The notes under the pieces: generated by a model
The model's database searches: none
Seen by the model: only the letters and a program-made list of their open reading frames with translations
Told to the model about the DNA's origin: nothing
Origin: Bugula neritina
Lineage: Eukaryota; Animalia; Bryozoa
DNA length: 64,000 nt
NCBI GenBank assembly: GCA_964035545.1
Contig: OZ037769.1
Span: 3,141,729 to 3,205,728 of the forward strand
Reading direction: 5' to 3'
Translations under genes and position numbers: made by a program
In this document: piece after piece, positions 35,901 to 49,595 of the stretch
Layout of the letters: each line of letters starts with the position of its first letter
Numbering within the stretch: the first letter of the stretch is position 1

Positions 35901-38900
35901 ACAATGAACAAAAAGTGTAGAGGTGAGCTGAATAAAGGTGCACATGTGATGTGAGTGGCTGATATAGGAAGAACATGAGAGTGTATGCAGTAGTACTTTA
36001 CTACAGGGTGGCTCTTCAACTGACAGCGATTTGTATATAATTCACTGTGACTATAACTGTGACTACAACTGTGACTACAACTATACCTGTGATTAAAACT
36101 TAATTATTACTGCCACTTGTTCATGGATGGCAACATAAACAATATTTCCCGACACTAGAACCAACCTGACGGCACAGTGTGACACTAGAACCAACCTGAC
36201 GGGCACAGCGTGACACTAGAATGAAATAATTTCTGAATGTTTTGAGGCAATTCCGATTGACTGGTGATAACAGGAAGTTGATAAACGAATCTTGTCAAGT
36301 GTTTTGCCATTTACATTTCAATATAATAGATGACTGGCACAGCTCCAGGGTTATTCTACTAAAAGAAGGAGGGGGGGGGGTAAACCTAGCCTCAGGGTTA
36401 TTCTACTAGAGGAAGAGGAGGGGGGTAGACCTAGCCTCAGGGTTACTCTTTGACAACTACACCATCCATCATATACAGCTGGCAAACATTGATACTGCAG
36501 TTACCAGATTAAATCCATCACGACTAGAGTGACATAAAGACTTGCCAAAACCCACGGCTGTGGTTATAACTTAATAGTACAATGTGTAATAATAAAATAA
36601 TGTAAGAATATAATATACTACAATGTAAGTATAGAATATAATATAATGTATATAATATACTATAATGTATGTATATAATATACCATAATGTATGTATATA
36701 ATATAATATAAACATACTATAATATAAGAATATAATACAATATAATGCAATACCTTGATGGAGTTGTCCCTGAGACCACTGATTATTTTCTTATCGTCAT
36801 ACTGGAGGCAGTAAACCCCTTTACTCGTCTCACTACGACACACTATCTTCTCCAGTTTGTGTTTACCTGTCTTCCAGTTCGTATCAATACGCTACAGAAA
36901 TGTCACACTGTATCAATACGCTACAGTACGTATGTATGTATGCATGTATGTATGCATACATATATGCATGCATACATGCATGCATATATGTATGCATACA
37001 TGCATGCATATATGCATGCATGTATGTACATATGTTTGTAAGTAAGTAAGTAAGTAAACTTAAGTAAATATGTACACATGTTGGAGTGCATCTCATGAAG
37101 TAGATCAACAGTACAGAGTACTGAGATATCAACCACTTCCTTGATACACACACAGTACTAATCACCTACATCTCCCTAACAGTCAAGTGTGAGGATATTC
37201 AGATACCTGATATGCCAATAACTTAACTTTATTACTGGGTGGAGGATCAAAAACAGGATGAACTGTGCCAAGTGGTGACACCAATAGCTTTAAGTACACT
37301 TTAATAACTCTAGTTGATAGAATGCCACTAGACCTTGCAGGGATTTATAACAAGAGAGAGTTCTATATCTGCTATAATACTAGGGTAGATACATACACTT
37401 ACCTCTATATCTACTATAATACTGGGGTAGATATATATACTTACCTCTATATCTGCTATAATACTAGGGTAGAGATCTCTGTAATACTTGTCATCATGAC
37501 ACGCTGAAGACATCATGGATGTTGGCTTAAAGAGAGATTCCACCCTGAAAAATAACAGACAGACAATCTGTCAGCCATGATGAGGTCTCATACTACATAC
37601 GACCTTGAACTTCTTTACAAACATGGTTTCATAATGTCCCCTTTTATCTGAACTGAGTTTAGAGTTAATACCTTTAACTTTCATTGATATTTCAGGGATT
37701 AGCTGAGAATGCCAACGAAATAATGTGGCTATGCTTTGCATTTATTGTGAGTGAGATCTGGTAGTAGGGAGAGGGGGGGGGACAGTAGTGCTATTCTGGT
37801 AGATGAATAGGAAGGAAAGGCACACAGGCTAAGCTGATGTATGAAGCTCCTTCAACTAAGTGAGCAGCACTTCTACACACAAAGCTGTACCACAAATTGA
37901 TTTCATTAACAAATAAAAAACAAATACTTAAATACTATTTAGTGGACAGGAACAAAACCTGCATTGTTAATCTTTGTTGAGCTATCAGCTACCCAAACAG
38001 TTGAGCAGCTCTCCAATATCTAGCCCCCAGGGTGTGTGAATAGGGGTGGGGTCCCTAGAGAGCAGCCTCATTTGTTACAATAGCCCGTGACCTAGCACAG
38101 AGCATGTGCAGTAGTCGCATGAGACCAGCTGAGCTAGTATCAGATCATATGTGGAGATAGTAACCAGCCAGTATACCCCAAGCAGCTCCAGTATGCAGTT
38201 AAATTTTCAATCAAGATGATAAATACAGATAACTGGTAGTAGATCAACTATTAGGAAATACCATGTCATTGCCTTATCACTCTGTTACTAGAATGACTCA
38301 AGCTTAGCTAGTTGACTTTACAGCAATATCGGCAGCAGATTGAGTTAATTCCGGCTAAACTATTTAATGACTAACTTTTCACTCATGTAGAAGATGGACG
38401 TGTAATAGATTCTATAGCCCCAACTATCACCACCCCAGCCAGCATACCACGATGTCTGTCATAATTAGAACGTCAGCTGTCACTCTTAAACATCATTGGG
38501 GCCACAAGCCCAGCATTATTGTGCAGGAGCCATAGAGTAGCACTGCACTGGTTATGAATAATATATTGATATACTTGTATCCAGCAAATCAACTAACATT
38601 AATTCTGCAATTGTTTGAGATTTTCTCTATTTGAATGTTTCCAATAATTATTACCCGGACAGGACAAAGCGGAGATATGGTGAGAAAAGGCGAGAATAGA
38701 CGAGAAAACAATAATTACTATCCAATCAACCATACTTCGACCACCACTGGCCTGAGTGACAATGAAAAGTGGATATAATGGAAAGGAGATAGAGTTGAAG
38801 GTGAGACTGAAATAAAACACTTGGGCTGCGAGTCAGATATTCCCAGAATTCAACTGCTGATTGCATGCTACAGCTGAGTATTTAGACAACCAGAGTAGCA

Positions 38901-41709
38901 CTAATATTCTGATGTAGTTTACACCTGTACAACATCCCTACATTCCTGAAATACTTCCCCTTAACTGAATAGGCAGCCTAGCTTACAGGTGGGATATTAT
39001 GTAGCATATTGTAGACTGTATAGTAATGTATAATGTAGAGTAAGAAACTAACAAGGCACAGTTGCATACTGAGCAATCTAAAGTGAATGTTTAGCTTCTG
39101 TTCTAGAAGAGAATATTTAGCCTATGTTCCAGCAGTAAGTAAGGGACTTGACTTACCACCCCTTACGCTCAGCCAGCCCCCGCCACATCTCGTCTGTCCT
39201 CACCATGTGTTCGATCAGCTTCTTCCACAGCATTCCTTCACTCACTGTGCGCTGCCACTGCTTGCACACCATTTCGGCAGCACATAGAGACTTGGCATCC
39301 AAGTAGCCTAGAATCTTCTCTACCACATGGAACAACCCATGAGCTGAAATACACAACAATATGACAATATAACTTCTCTTTCTCACCCTTCCTTACCATA
39401 TCATCTGGTCAGAACACAGAACATACTTTGTTAATAAAGTGGGGGTTTGGAGTTAGAAAACTTAAATCAGCTGTGAGATTCTATTAATAACCCTGGATCC
39501 TAAGTTTTTACTGCATACACACAGTAATACCATTAGTACAACTTTCTGCACTGCATATTCTATGTAAGTGTAGTAGTGGAGAAATTTTAATAACCTAAGC
39601 TCTTTAATTTTCTTCAAAAATTTTGGCTTAGGGCTTTGTTGCATTTCCAATCTAGAACACAGGCTTTTCTTAATTTCTCCATTATTGCACCTACCTCAAG
39701 CATATTCAAACATGTAATAAAACTAAAGTGAAACTGAATTGGGATTTCATGGATAATTAACGAGGGGGGAAACTAGTAGGAAATTTCTAGTGCGAAGTTC
39801 TGAGCCTTATCAAAGTGAACAAGTGACAAGTATGGAGTAATATAAACCACAAATAAAAGGATATAAATGATGACTCATAGTTATAAATAGACCATAACTT
39901 TGCATTAGACTACGTGCAGATAACAAATGTTATACATGTACGACTCCAATAGTGAATAATTAACTAAAGTTACATCATACAGTATGATTATTCATACACA
40001 GGCTAGTAACCCCACTTGTACTAGTTTGCTACTAGTCTGGCATTTTCTGATAGCAGGCATCGTTTATGAGAAACAGCATTTTTCACATTTTAAGTGAAAC
40101 TTAGAACTCATCAACATGTAGACACTTCTACCACAAAATTTAATTAAGGAGCTTGGAATTTGACAGTTATGGCATCTACTTCATATTACACTATAACTCC
40201 AAGTACAAATGATGTGTTTTTAACTCCTTCAAAAAGTTTAATAAAAATTAGAAAAAATATGGGGTGTCACCCAAAAAGAGGTAATAATGGGGTTCATTTA
40301 TTCTCGAATAGTAAAGCTAGTGGAGGCCCAAAGTGGTCAGCAAATAGTCAGTTAATTCACACCCCCCCCCCCCCGAATGCTCTGGGATCAAACATATTTT
40401 CTAAATCAGGTTTTAACCTATTCCATAGAGCAGGTAGCTAACAGGTATAGAAAATATTTAGAAAATATTTTTGATCCCAGAGCATTCAGGGGGGGATGAT
40501 AGAGCAGGTAGCTAACAGGTAATGGCTGTACTATTATAGAGTCAACAAGATAACCGATCTTGTCCAATTCTAATATAAACTGGCTACCTGGGAGAGCTGT
40601 GATGAAATCTCTCTGTAACATGGGTTTAAGGAACTGGTTGACTTGGCCATGTTGATGATGGCACATGTGTTTAAGTAGACTGGTGACAAACTCGACCTGA
40701 GCCTCTTCGCTCCAGTGATCAAACAGCTTCATGCACTGTTCCTGCTGCCTCTCCAGCTCTTTGCTGTCTGTCAGAGACAGCTTGGATGACGCGTGACGAG
40801 AATTTATAGACGACACGTTTGCTGCCAAGTCAGCCTTCAACATAACAGGCATTGAATTATCACACAACAGCTACGGCTGAATGACAAGATTGAGATTATT
40901 TGTTGCTGCGGGCGTAAAGTGTTAATGATTGTACGAGAAACAGTCAGCATATAATTATTGGGCTCCTTTCTGGAAAGTACAGAATATTTATTATATTAGT
41001 AGAGTAGCAGAGTCACTCTTTGTCAGTCATTCATTATCGTACTAAAACCAGACCTAGTCACACTAGCAAGTAGCTACTACTTGAAATCACTCCAGTCACT
41101 TTGTTAGTATGACTCATCACAATTGAATCACTGAGAAACATGTGCTGCCTAATTAATAAACACACGAATATACAACATGACTAGCAGACTTGGCAGCTAG
41201 TATGAAGCTGTTTATAATGTAACTAACACAATCTGACTCATGAATTTACCAGGGTAACTTTTGGTAATATAGATGAATAATATTCAGCCCTTATGATGGA
41301 GAATAATATTATTATACCAATACTTCTCAGCATTCTATCAAATAGGCACACGCCTAGTAGAGCCATTTTAAATTAATTTACATACCCTGTGTCTTTCTTC
41401 TGCTATCCTTTTCTTTGTGGCATCATATATTGGTACACTAGTGCTGCCCGTAGATAATGGCTCTATACTCACAGGCATATCAGTATTCTGGGTATAGAAA
41501 AATAACTAAATGTAGAAAAGGCTCATAAAAAAGGTGGTGCAATACATGAGTATTCATTATATTAATAAAAATCCATGTTCTACAATATTTTACTGTGTAG
41601 TAAAGTGATATACCATTGCTGAGATTGGCATTATGTTTACTCCGTCTTCATCATCTGAGTTTATTGACCGACAGTCAAAGGCAACATCAGAGTCATTTTG
41701 AATATTCAT
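32960..41709 (-). CDS. FBXW11: beta-TrCP / FBXW11 / Slimb (D domain, F-box, 7 WD40), about 575 aa. Exons 41614-41709, 41386-41487, 40588-40834 (or 40870), 39157-39343, 37445-37544, 36754-36891, 34954-35072, 34580-34685, 34269-34412, 33806-33924, 33459-33569, 33231-33309, 32960-33139
   Basis: Motifs [109 protein letters not shown]-terminal RTYTYVTR*. The first two exons and the exon-3 acceptor are less certain. Confidence 0.96.
36151..36220. repeat. About 30-bp tandem repeat (GACACTAGAACCAACCTGACGGCACAGTGT) x2.3; a second ~46-bp duplication at 36347-36445
   Basis: Direct repeats visible in the beta-TrCP intron. Confidence 0.8.
36927..37056. repeat. (TATG)/(CATG)/(CATA) compound tetranucleotide microsatellite followed by (GTAA)5
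   Basis: Direct inspection. Confidence 0.9.
37362..37473 (-). repeat. 42-bp tandem repeat (x2.7) spanning a beta-TrCP exon end and splice donor
   Basis: Unit ATCTACCCTAGTATTATAGCAGATATAGAG|GTAAGTATATAT on the minus strand. Confidence 0.92.
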
Positions 41710-42114
41710 TTTTAAAAGTCACTGAATTTAGGAAACGCTTTTAGTTCCACCAGAAGATAACAGTTGTATTAGGATTTCTGTTCTAACCTGTCATGTAAAG
41801 GTAACCTAAAATTGCCAAAATAGTTATAAATAATATTATAAAAGATACTTATAGTAATAGTTATTCTCATACTTAGAATTACTGTTAGAGTTAGTCTCTC
41901 ACTCTGTCTTTATCTTGATCTTGTACTTGTAGTACTAGTTGAGACTAAAACTAAAAGCTTGAGCTGAAGGATTATGATTATTATCATTTTCATTGTGACA
42001 ATGATTATAACCATAATCCTTCATTGTGACAATGATTATGAATATCATTGAATGTGACTCATAGTCATAAGAGTAACTAACTTTAAGTGATAAGTCATAT
42101 TCACGGTCATAGTC

Positions 42115-42475
42115 ATACTATGACTATGAGTATGACCATCAGTATTATAGTCAGTATTACGATCAGGGTGAGAGTATAACTATGACTATCACTATCACAG
42201 TATGAGTATCAGTATGATGGTGAGTATGACTATGACTATGAGTATCACTATCAGAATATCAGTAAACTATGAGTATGACTATGACTATGAGTATCACTAT
42301 ATGAGTATCAGTACAGGTACTACTACGTCTACTAGTACTACACTCACACTGACACTCACAGTCGTGAGCCACAGTATGAGTATGAGTATCAGTATGACTA
42401 TGAGTATGACTATGAGTATCACTATCATAATCACTAATCAGTATGAGTATCAGCTGAGCATGAGCATGAGCATGT
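42115..42475. repeat. Degenerate hexamer array (TATGAG/TATGAC/TATCAC/TATCAG)n
   Basis: 6-nt period; produces the spurious MSMSIS-type ORF. Confidence 0.85.
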
Positions 42476-43060
42476 CAACTGTCTAGTTTAGTTCTGCTGG
42501 CAGTGACTTTATTTACTTTTACCTTAATTTATCTTTATCCGTACAACGCTTATGCAAATTTTTATGTGACTAAAAGAAGTTTAAAAGTAAAATAAACTCG
42601 AACTGTAGCCTATTTTCTAAGCTGTTCTATATGACCAGCTACAGCTGAAGTATTGATGATTCTTTGATTGCGGTTGCGAACGGGGTGATGCTGGAAAACC
42701 CTTCTAATGGCATAATTAAAATATCGCAATGTTATCGTGACAACTCAGTTGAAAACCGACTATTAGCCAGCCCACTCTATTCTCACAAAAATAAAATAGA
42801 GAGCGATCAACTCTATAAAATACCAATTACAACAAGCTCAATATATAGTCGTACTATTAATTTTAGTGCTCAAAGACTACCTTTACAATGCATGTAGCAG
42901 AAGCAATATATATAACAAAAAGAGAAAAATTCTTAAGATGTGGTTAAAACCAGCAACAAAATTTTTACCCTTAAAATGTTGCAGTTGTTGCTCTCTTCAC
43001 TTTTAAGAGTCAAATTAGATGTCCTACTATTGGCGCGACACTAGACTTTTTTGTCTCATT

Positions 43061-43189
43061 TCACTCTCACACACACACACACTCACACGCACGCACGCAC
43101 GCACGCACATGCACACGCACACACGGAGGTGCGCACACACAGGCATAAGCACACACACTCGCGCGCACACACACTCACGCACACACACT

Positions 43190-43228
<39 letters not shown>

Positions 43229-43235
43229 ACACACA

Positions 43236-43301
<66 letters not shown>

Positions 43302-43435
43302 CACGCACATGCACACGCACACACGGAGGTGCGCACACACAGGCACAAGCACACACACTCGCGCGCACACACACTCGCGCACACACACTCACGCACACAC
43401 ACTCGCGCACACACACTCGCGCACATGCACACACA
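43061..43435. repeat. Compound (CA)n/(CG) microsatellite with an internal ~80-bp block duplicated at 200-nt spacing
   Basis: CACGCACATGCACACGCACACACGGAGGTGCGC... occurs at 43102 and 43302. Confidence 0.95.
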
Positions 43436-44553
43436 ATTATTATTGTTATTATTTATTATGTAAAACATTTAAAGAGCTTTTGAAAGATGTAAATAATTCG
43501 TGCAAGTATATTATATGCTATACATTGATTGTATGTCTGTTTTTCATAAAAAAGGCTCTCATTTAGAAAAATTCCAATATTGGTTATCTGTTAATTTCTA
43601 AATAAAATATAATATAATTTGGTATATCTGCAATAAATTTGAATAAGGTAATTTTATAGTGAACAGACGTAGTTTCTTTTTGCATATAATTAATGTATAT
43701 ATGATACAAGTAGATATAATAAATATATGATCATGATCAAAAACAGCAATTTGTGAAAAACACATTTATATGCATGAAGGGCGGGCGAATTGGGTGTTTC
43801 TCGTGAAAGTTATGATTACATATTATATATATACCCAGCTAGTACATGCTCTTATCTTTTTAACTTTAATCATTTAAGCTTGTTTGCCGTTTTTAATTGA
43901 TATGTAAACTATAAAATGAGTTTAAACCATGTATTTTTGCTGTGAGGATAATATACTCCTATAAATTTAGATGGCTTGTTTTTAAACTACGCTATATGTT
44001 TTATGCAAGTTATTGCAATATATAAATTCAAGAAACAAATATACTTGTATTTAATCATGGAATTATATGGTTGAAATTTTACTCATCGGTTTCCTCCTTG
44101 AAACATATCATAATATTTCATGTTAACTCAGTGGTCTAGTGCTGGCAGTGCTAAATCTTTTGGGTAATTATATAGGTTTCTTCATTAAATATCCCCTGCT
44201 TTGCTAAGTAGTATAATTATTTCTATTTGAATATTATAATACATTATTATAATATATGTTTGTTTTGTGTTTTTATAATAGTATAATGATGATGATTCAT
44301 TTATAAATAGTATTATAGTATTATGTCATTGTCACGTTGCTGGTTTTTGAAAACAAAAGCTGAGGGGATAACTCTTTGCAAACACACATATTTACACCTG
44401 TGTAGAGGTAATATTTGTTCGCCACACGCATGCTTCAGAAGATCTCGTTTAGCAATCATTTGTATTTTCAGAATCAGTGTCGAACTAAAAATACAACTTC
44501 AAATTGTATTTAACAAATGCACAGAGTCTCAATTGGTAGTGGTCTGTGTCGAA

Positions 44554-47500
44554 ATGAGCAGCAAAACATCTACTTTAAGCATGGTTAAGAATGATGCAGT
44601 ATCAGATAAAGTTAAACAAGCAGACAGTCACACGCACACTCAATCTCATACTGATACTGATACGCCCAGTCCTACTGAGTCTGACACACAGGCTCACAAT
44701 GATAATAATGAAATTAAATTAAAGCTAAAAACTGCAGATGACAAACTTATAAAAAAGCGCGAAACGTCTAAAAAACTTAAGGAGGTGAGTCAATATTATC
44801 TGTATAAATCTTAAAACTAAAAGTAAAAACAAATTAGTTTTGCACTTGAACTTGAAGTTCAGTTACTAGTTCTAGTGTCTAGTACTGTAGTAGTGTAGCA
44901 GTACTACTCTAGTACTAGTAGTATTATTAGTAGTATTATTAGTAATCGTTATAGTGTTACTAGTACTAATAGTGGTAGTGTACTAATGCTACTACTACTA
45001 GTACTACTACTAGTATTACTGTACTAGTACTACTAGTAGTACTGTATTACTCTACTAGACCTAGTGTTAGGGCTAGTGTTCAGTTTTAGTTGAATCTAAA
45101 TTGAAATTGAGTTTTTTTGTAAATTATAATCAATAGAGCTAAACCAACATTCAAATAGTCAGCTATTAGTATTAACCTAGTGACCAACTCTAAATAAATA
45201 CTAAAATCGAAAGTGAAAAAAGAAAAACTAGCACATAATCACTTCATCATAATGATGATCATTTTATTATTGATATTAATATGTATATTCATATTGACTT
45301 TGAGATTCAGATTGACTACAGGTTTATACCTAATTTTATAGTTATAGTAATAGTTATACCCTAAAGGCAACTATTATTGTACCAAAACTATTACTAGTAC
45401 TAGAACTAAGTCTAACTCTAAGTTGAACTTGATGTCAAAGATTATAAAAAAATCAATGTCAATGTAAACATTAGGCTTACCACAAGTAGTACTACCAGGC
45501 AAATTTTATGCTAGACATGGAAATCTGTTGGTACTAAGGTCTGTAATGCTAGGCTAACTCGAACTGAGTTTTAGATTACCTGTGCTATTATAATAAATAT
45601 AATAATTATTAATATATGCAATAGTCATTATAACAGCACAGGCTCTCCTTTAGCTCAAGCTTTCAAATTGTTTGTTTCTATACTACAAGAATAGTCAAGA
45701 ACTTGGATTGACAAAGTTTATGTAACTTGAAACCACATTTAAAATTTAAATCATTGGATGAAAGGCTACTCATGTATTTCACTAATTAATCAGCATAGAA
45801 GGAAATTACTCTTTTTCAGGAAGTTAATGCTCATGGACTGTTAAAATGTTGCTTCCAAATCAAAATTTTATCTACCTTTAATTAACAATATAATTGCCAA
45901 CCAATTTGTGCCTAAGTTTATATTTTAAGCCACTTTACTGAAAAATGTAAATGCTCTCTACTTACTTCTTATATTTATTTACTATTACTGTATTATTCCG
46001 TTTGTTATAAAGAGAAACAAACATCTTTTCAGATGAGAACAAACTAAAAATTGGATCAAGGTACAACAACTCAAAATGTTGGTGCTTGTAACTCTTCAGC
46101 TTATCACTTAAAACCTTTTAATTTGATTTATGATTTTTTTTCTAGATGTAATTTAAATTTAATTAGTGAAATTTACAATCATCATGTACAAAAACTCAAT
46201 CTCCAAAATGATTGTGTGTGTGCCTATTTCAATTTTAATAGAGCTGATGGATGTTTTTTCAAACTCACTCACAATATCTCTGTTTTAGGGAGTTGTTTAT
46301 ATTGGACATATGCCTCAAGGCTTCGAGGAGAAGGAAGTGACCAAGTATTTTACTCAGTTTGGCCATGTTAAACGTTTGAAAATATCCAGATCTGTGAAAG
46401 TAGGTACTAGCAACTAACAGATATCCAAGGATAGAATGTTTTAGTACAATAAATAAATCAGTAATTTTGAATTGTGAATTACAAGAATTCTTTTGTTGAA
46501 GTACTTTTTAATATATCTTAAATAGATGTTGGTATTTCTGTTGGTAACTTGTTAAAAATTCATTTACTTAGTTGCCAAAAGCGTCTGTGACAATATATCT
46601 AATTTTTTCCAAGTATTTTATGAGAATTATCTTATTTTAGACTGGGAAAAGTAAAGGATATGCCTATATCCAATTTGTTGACAAAGATGTTGCCCAAATT
46701 GCTGCCGATGCTATGAACAACTATATCATGTTTCGGAAAAGCTTAAAAGGTTTGAATGGATTTTGTTATTTATTGGTTTATACTATATGTAATTGTATTG
46801 TCTATAATACAGTGACACCCAGCTCGTGCGTGTGTTGAGAGCAGTGTTTTATATGTTATACTTATGCAACTCCATTCTCAATTCGACTGGCTTGTTGCCT
46901 ATTCTGCAGTTAATAGAGCCACAGCTCTCAATAGTAATGGATTTTTCACACACTTTGCTTCCTATGTCACCTTGACACTTTGTGACAATATTATGAAATG
47001 TAATTTCAAATGAATCTCTATACGTCACCCGTATTTCATTTCAGCACATGTAGTGGAGCCAGAAAAAGTTCATCCCAAAATGTTCCAGGGATGTAACCGT
47101 AAGTTTATACCGAGAAAAAAGCCCGAAAAAGCGAGAAAAGCTTTAAACAAATGCACTCGGAACCAGAAAAACAGAAAGCAGAACACCCGTATGAAAAAGC
47201 TTGCTGCACTGGGCTATGAGGTATAATGTATTCTAATGGTAAACTCCAGTCTTTGTTTTTGAGTGACTAATATTTGAAGCAGAAGTTTATATCTTGTAAT
47301 AAATAATTTTCAATAACTTATATTTGTGTTAAATAATTGTGCTATATTTGGCCAATGCTTGCCTAGCACATTGGTGCTAATGCTACAATCCTGCTATGTT
47401 AATGCTGCAATCCTACTATGTTAATGCTACAGCCATGCTATGTTAATGCTACAGCCATGCTATTTTAATGTAATTTGATCTTGTATTGCCTAGTTTCCTG

Positions 47501-49175
47501 AAAGGAAGCCTTCTGAGAAGGTCCCCACTCCTAAAGTGTCAGCTGAACCGTCAACAGAAAAGTTGACAAAATCTCCTAAAGATGGGGCATCTGTGAAACC
47601 AAACAAAGCCAAGTCGCTTAAAACTGTGAAAAACTCGGCTAAGAATGCTAATGTAAGATTATATTATGTTGAATACCATTTATAATGACCACAGCTTGAA
47701 TTTCGTAGTGTACTGACTCCACAATGTATGCTGTAGTTCTATCCCGAGTGTTAATTCAAGATGCTTTTAACATAGACCAAGCCGTCTCTGTGAAATAAAT
47801 TTTGTGGATGTTAATTCTTCAGAAAACACCACCTGCTGCAGCAGTTGCCCAAAAGAGAGTCTCCATTTCCAGTTCTGTGCCAAAAATCATAAGGACCCCG
47901 GCTGAAACACTCTCTGAAGATGATGAGATTTCGTTTAAGACTCCCGAGGTTTCCCCTAAAGTGACGTATGTAACACTTTAAGTCATCATGTAATTAGCAG
48001 TTTCCTCATCGGTTGGCTTGGCTCCTGCCTTGCTACTGTAAATCTCAACTCTAACTCCTGAGCTATGTGGTATTGCAGTTGTAGACTTCACAAACCCCTT
48101 TTCTACTTCTTCTCTTGGGGACATATTTTCTCACAGTTTGAAAGGATTATATGATTTCTGTTGAAGTTATCTGCTCGTCATAACTGGGCTGTTGAGGCCA
48201 AAGTGTTGGTAAACCTTTTGCTTGTTGAATTCTGCAATATTCAGTGGCTTGTATCATTTTAGTGTAAAGAAGAAGTCTTCTGTCAAGAAAGTTTTCCCTA
48301 AAACCCCATTACCACCTGAGCCCTCTGCTGTGAAAACAACTCCCTTAAAGAATAAAAGGTTTGCTCTCTAACCAACTTATATACACACTGATATGTTAGT
48401 CTTATTGCAAGTCACGTGATATTTTACTTTTAGCCTGTTGGGTTTCTTTGAGTTTCTTCCCTGTACGTTTCTTTTAAGGGGATTTTTGCTTCATTCAAAA
48501 ACACATCTTATTCTGGATGGAATGAAGTTTGTAATTAAATTACAATGACTCTGTCCACCACGAGACAACTTGCTTTGCTTATCAAACTAAATTAAACTAT
48601 ATCTGGTTTGTAAACTAAATCAAGAATTACAAATTGCCAAGTCTGTCTCTCTGTGCTTTCAGCTTATGTTGGCTATCAGCTGCTTCTAGTTAATTTTTAA
48701 AATTACTTGAACCAAAGCGTTCAATTTATCTTTTCCTCCATTTCAATATTGACTATAATATGAAAACCCGCATTGTCCAAAACTAAATGTTATCAGGTTT
48801 TATTGTCTTCACGTGTCCTGAACATCTAACCTTTGCGAAACAGAAACTGTTGGCCTGACTATGTGAACCTATTCACAGTATGACTTATTGGATTTTTGGT
48901 TATTAAGTGTTCATCAGTTTTTTTTTTCATTTTGTGATTTTTGATTCTGACTTGTATTTGTTGTTTATAACAGCCCCAGCTCAGATCAAGTGGCCAGTAG
49001 CAAGAAGGCCAAGTTAGCTCATGTATCTGATGCCTCACCTATGCTAAAAGTAACCAAGCAAAGGGCTTCCATAGCTTCTACCAAACAGACTTTGAAAACA
49101 CCATCAAAGTCTCCTAAAATATCCCCCAGGGTTACTCGAAGTGTGCAAAAGAAAAGGCAGTCAATAATGAATTAA
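44554..49175 (+). CDS. NIFK: NIFK / Nop15-family nucleolar RRM protein, about 408 aa. Exons 44554-44784, 46289-46399, 46641-46749, 47045-47220, 47494-47652, 47823-47965, 48263-48358, 48974-49175
   Basis: RRM: GVVYIGHMPQGFEEKEVTKYFTQFGHVKRLKISRSVKTGKSKGYAYIQFVDKDVAQIAADAMNNYIMF, then PEKVHPKMF, KKLAALGYEFP and DDEISFKTP. All exon phases are compatible. The start codon could be 44554 or 44581. Confidence 0.9.
47378..47470. repeat. 22-bp minisatellite (TAATGCTACARYCMTGCTATGT-like) x4, intronic
   Basis: Direct inspection. Confidence 0.85.
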
Positions 49176-49595
49176 TGATTTCCAAATTGTTAATTCCCTG
49201 AGCATTTTTGGCTGAGAGCTTTTCAACTGCACTATAATTTTACATATATATATAAACATAATGTATTGTCATTGTATCAATAAAATACATGAGCTATTGC
49301 ACACATAATTTGGTCTCTTGTTTTAAGAATGACTAGATATTTTATTCTTTAGTAAAGCAGAATATTTTAATGACTTTTAGTTAGTACAAGCTTAGCTAAA
49401 AACAAGATTAGACAAGTGTGACTAGTAAAGCATAACAAAAAAATTAACATGAATGACTAGGATTGCAAAATTTTCAGCTTTTTAAACCTAATATATAGCC
49501 CATAGGGTTAGTAACTTATAATTGCGAAGTATCCGCATTAAAATATACCATGTTGCGCGAGAAGTGAAAAATTGATGTTTTCAATCAGGACTCCA

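Noticed and set aside
38600-38830. Compositionally distinct intronic segment / 73-aa ORF, possible DNA transposon end
   Set aside because: No terminal inverted repeats, target duplication or second copy found in the window.
38925-38960. Minus-strand [11 protein letters not shown] segment resembling the expected beta-TrCP WG.YLF exon
   Set aside because: No AG acceptor in the required phase. The real exon (VESLFKP...) is at 37445-37544.
43019-43566. His/Thr-rich and Cys/Val-rich ORFs
   Set aside because: Translations of the (CA)n microsatellite.
46033-46060. Possible NIFK micro-exon (TTTTCAG...AAG|GTAC)
   Set aside because: Phase-0 entry gives an early TAA, and exon 1 splices in frame directly to 46289.
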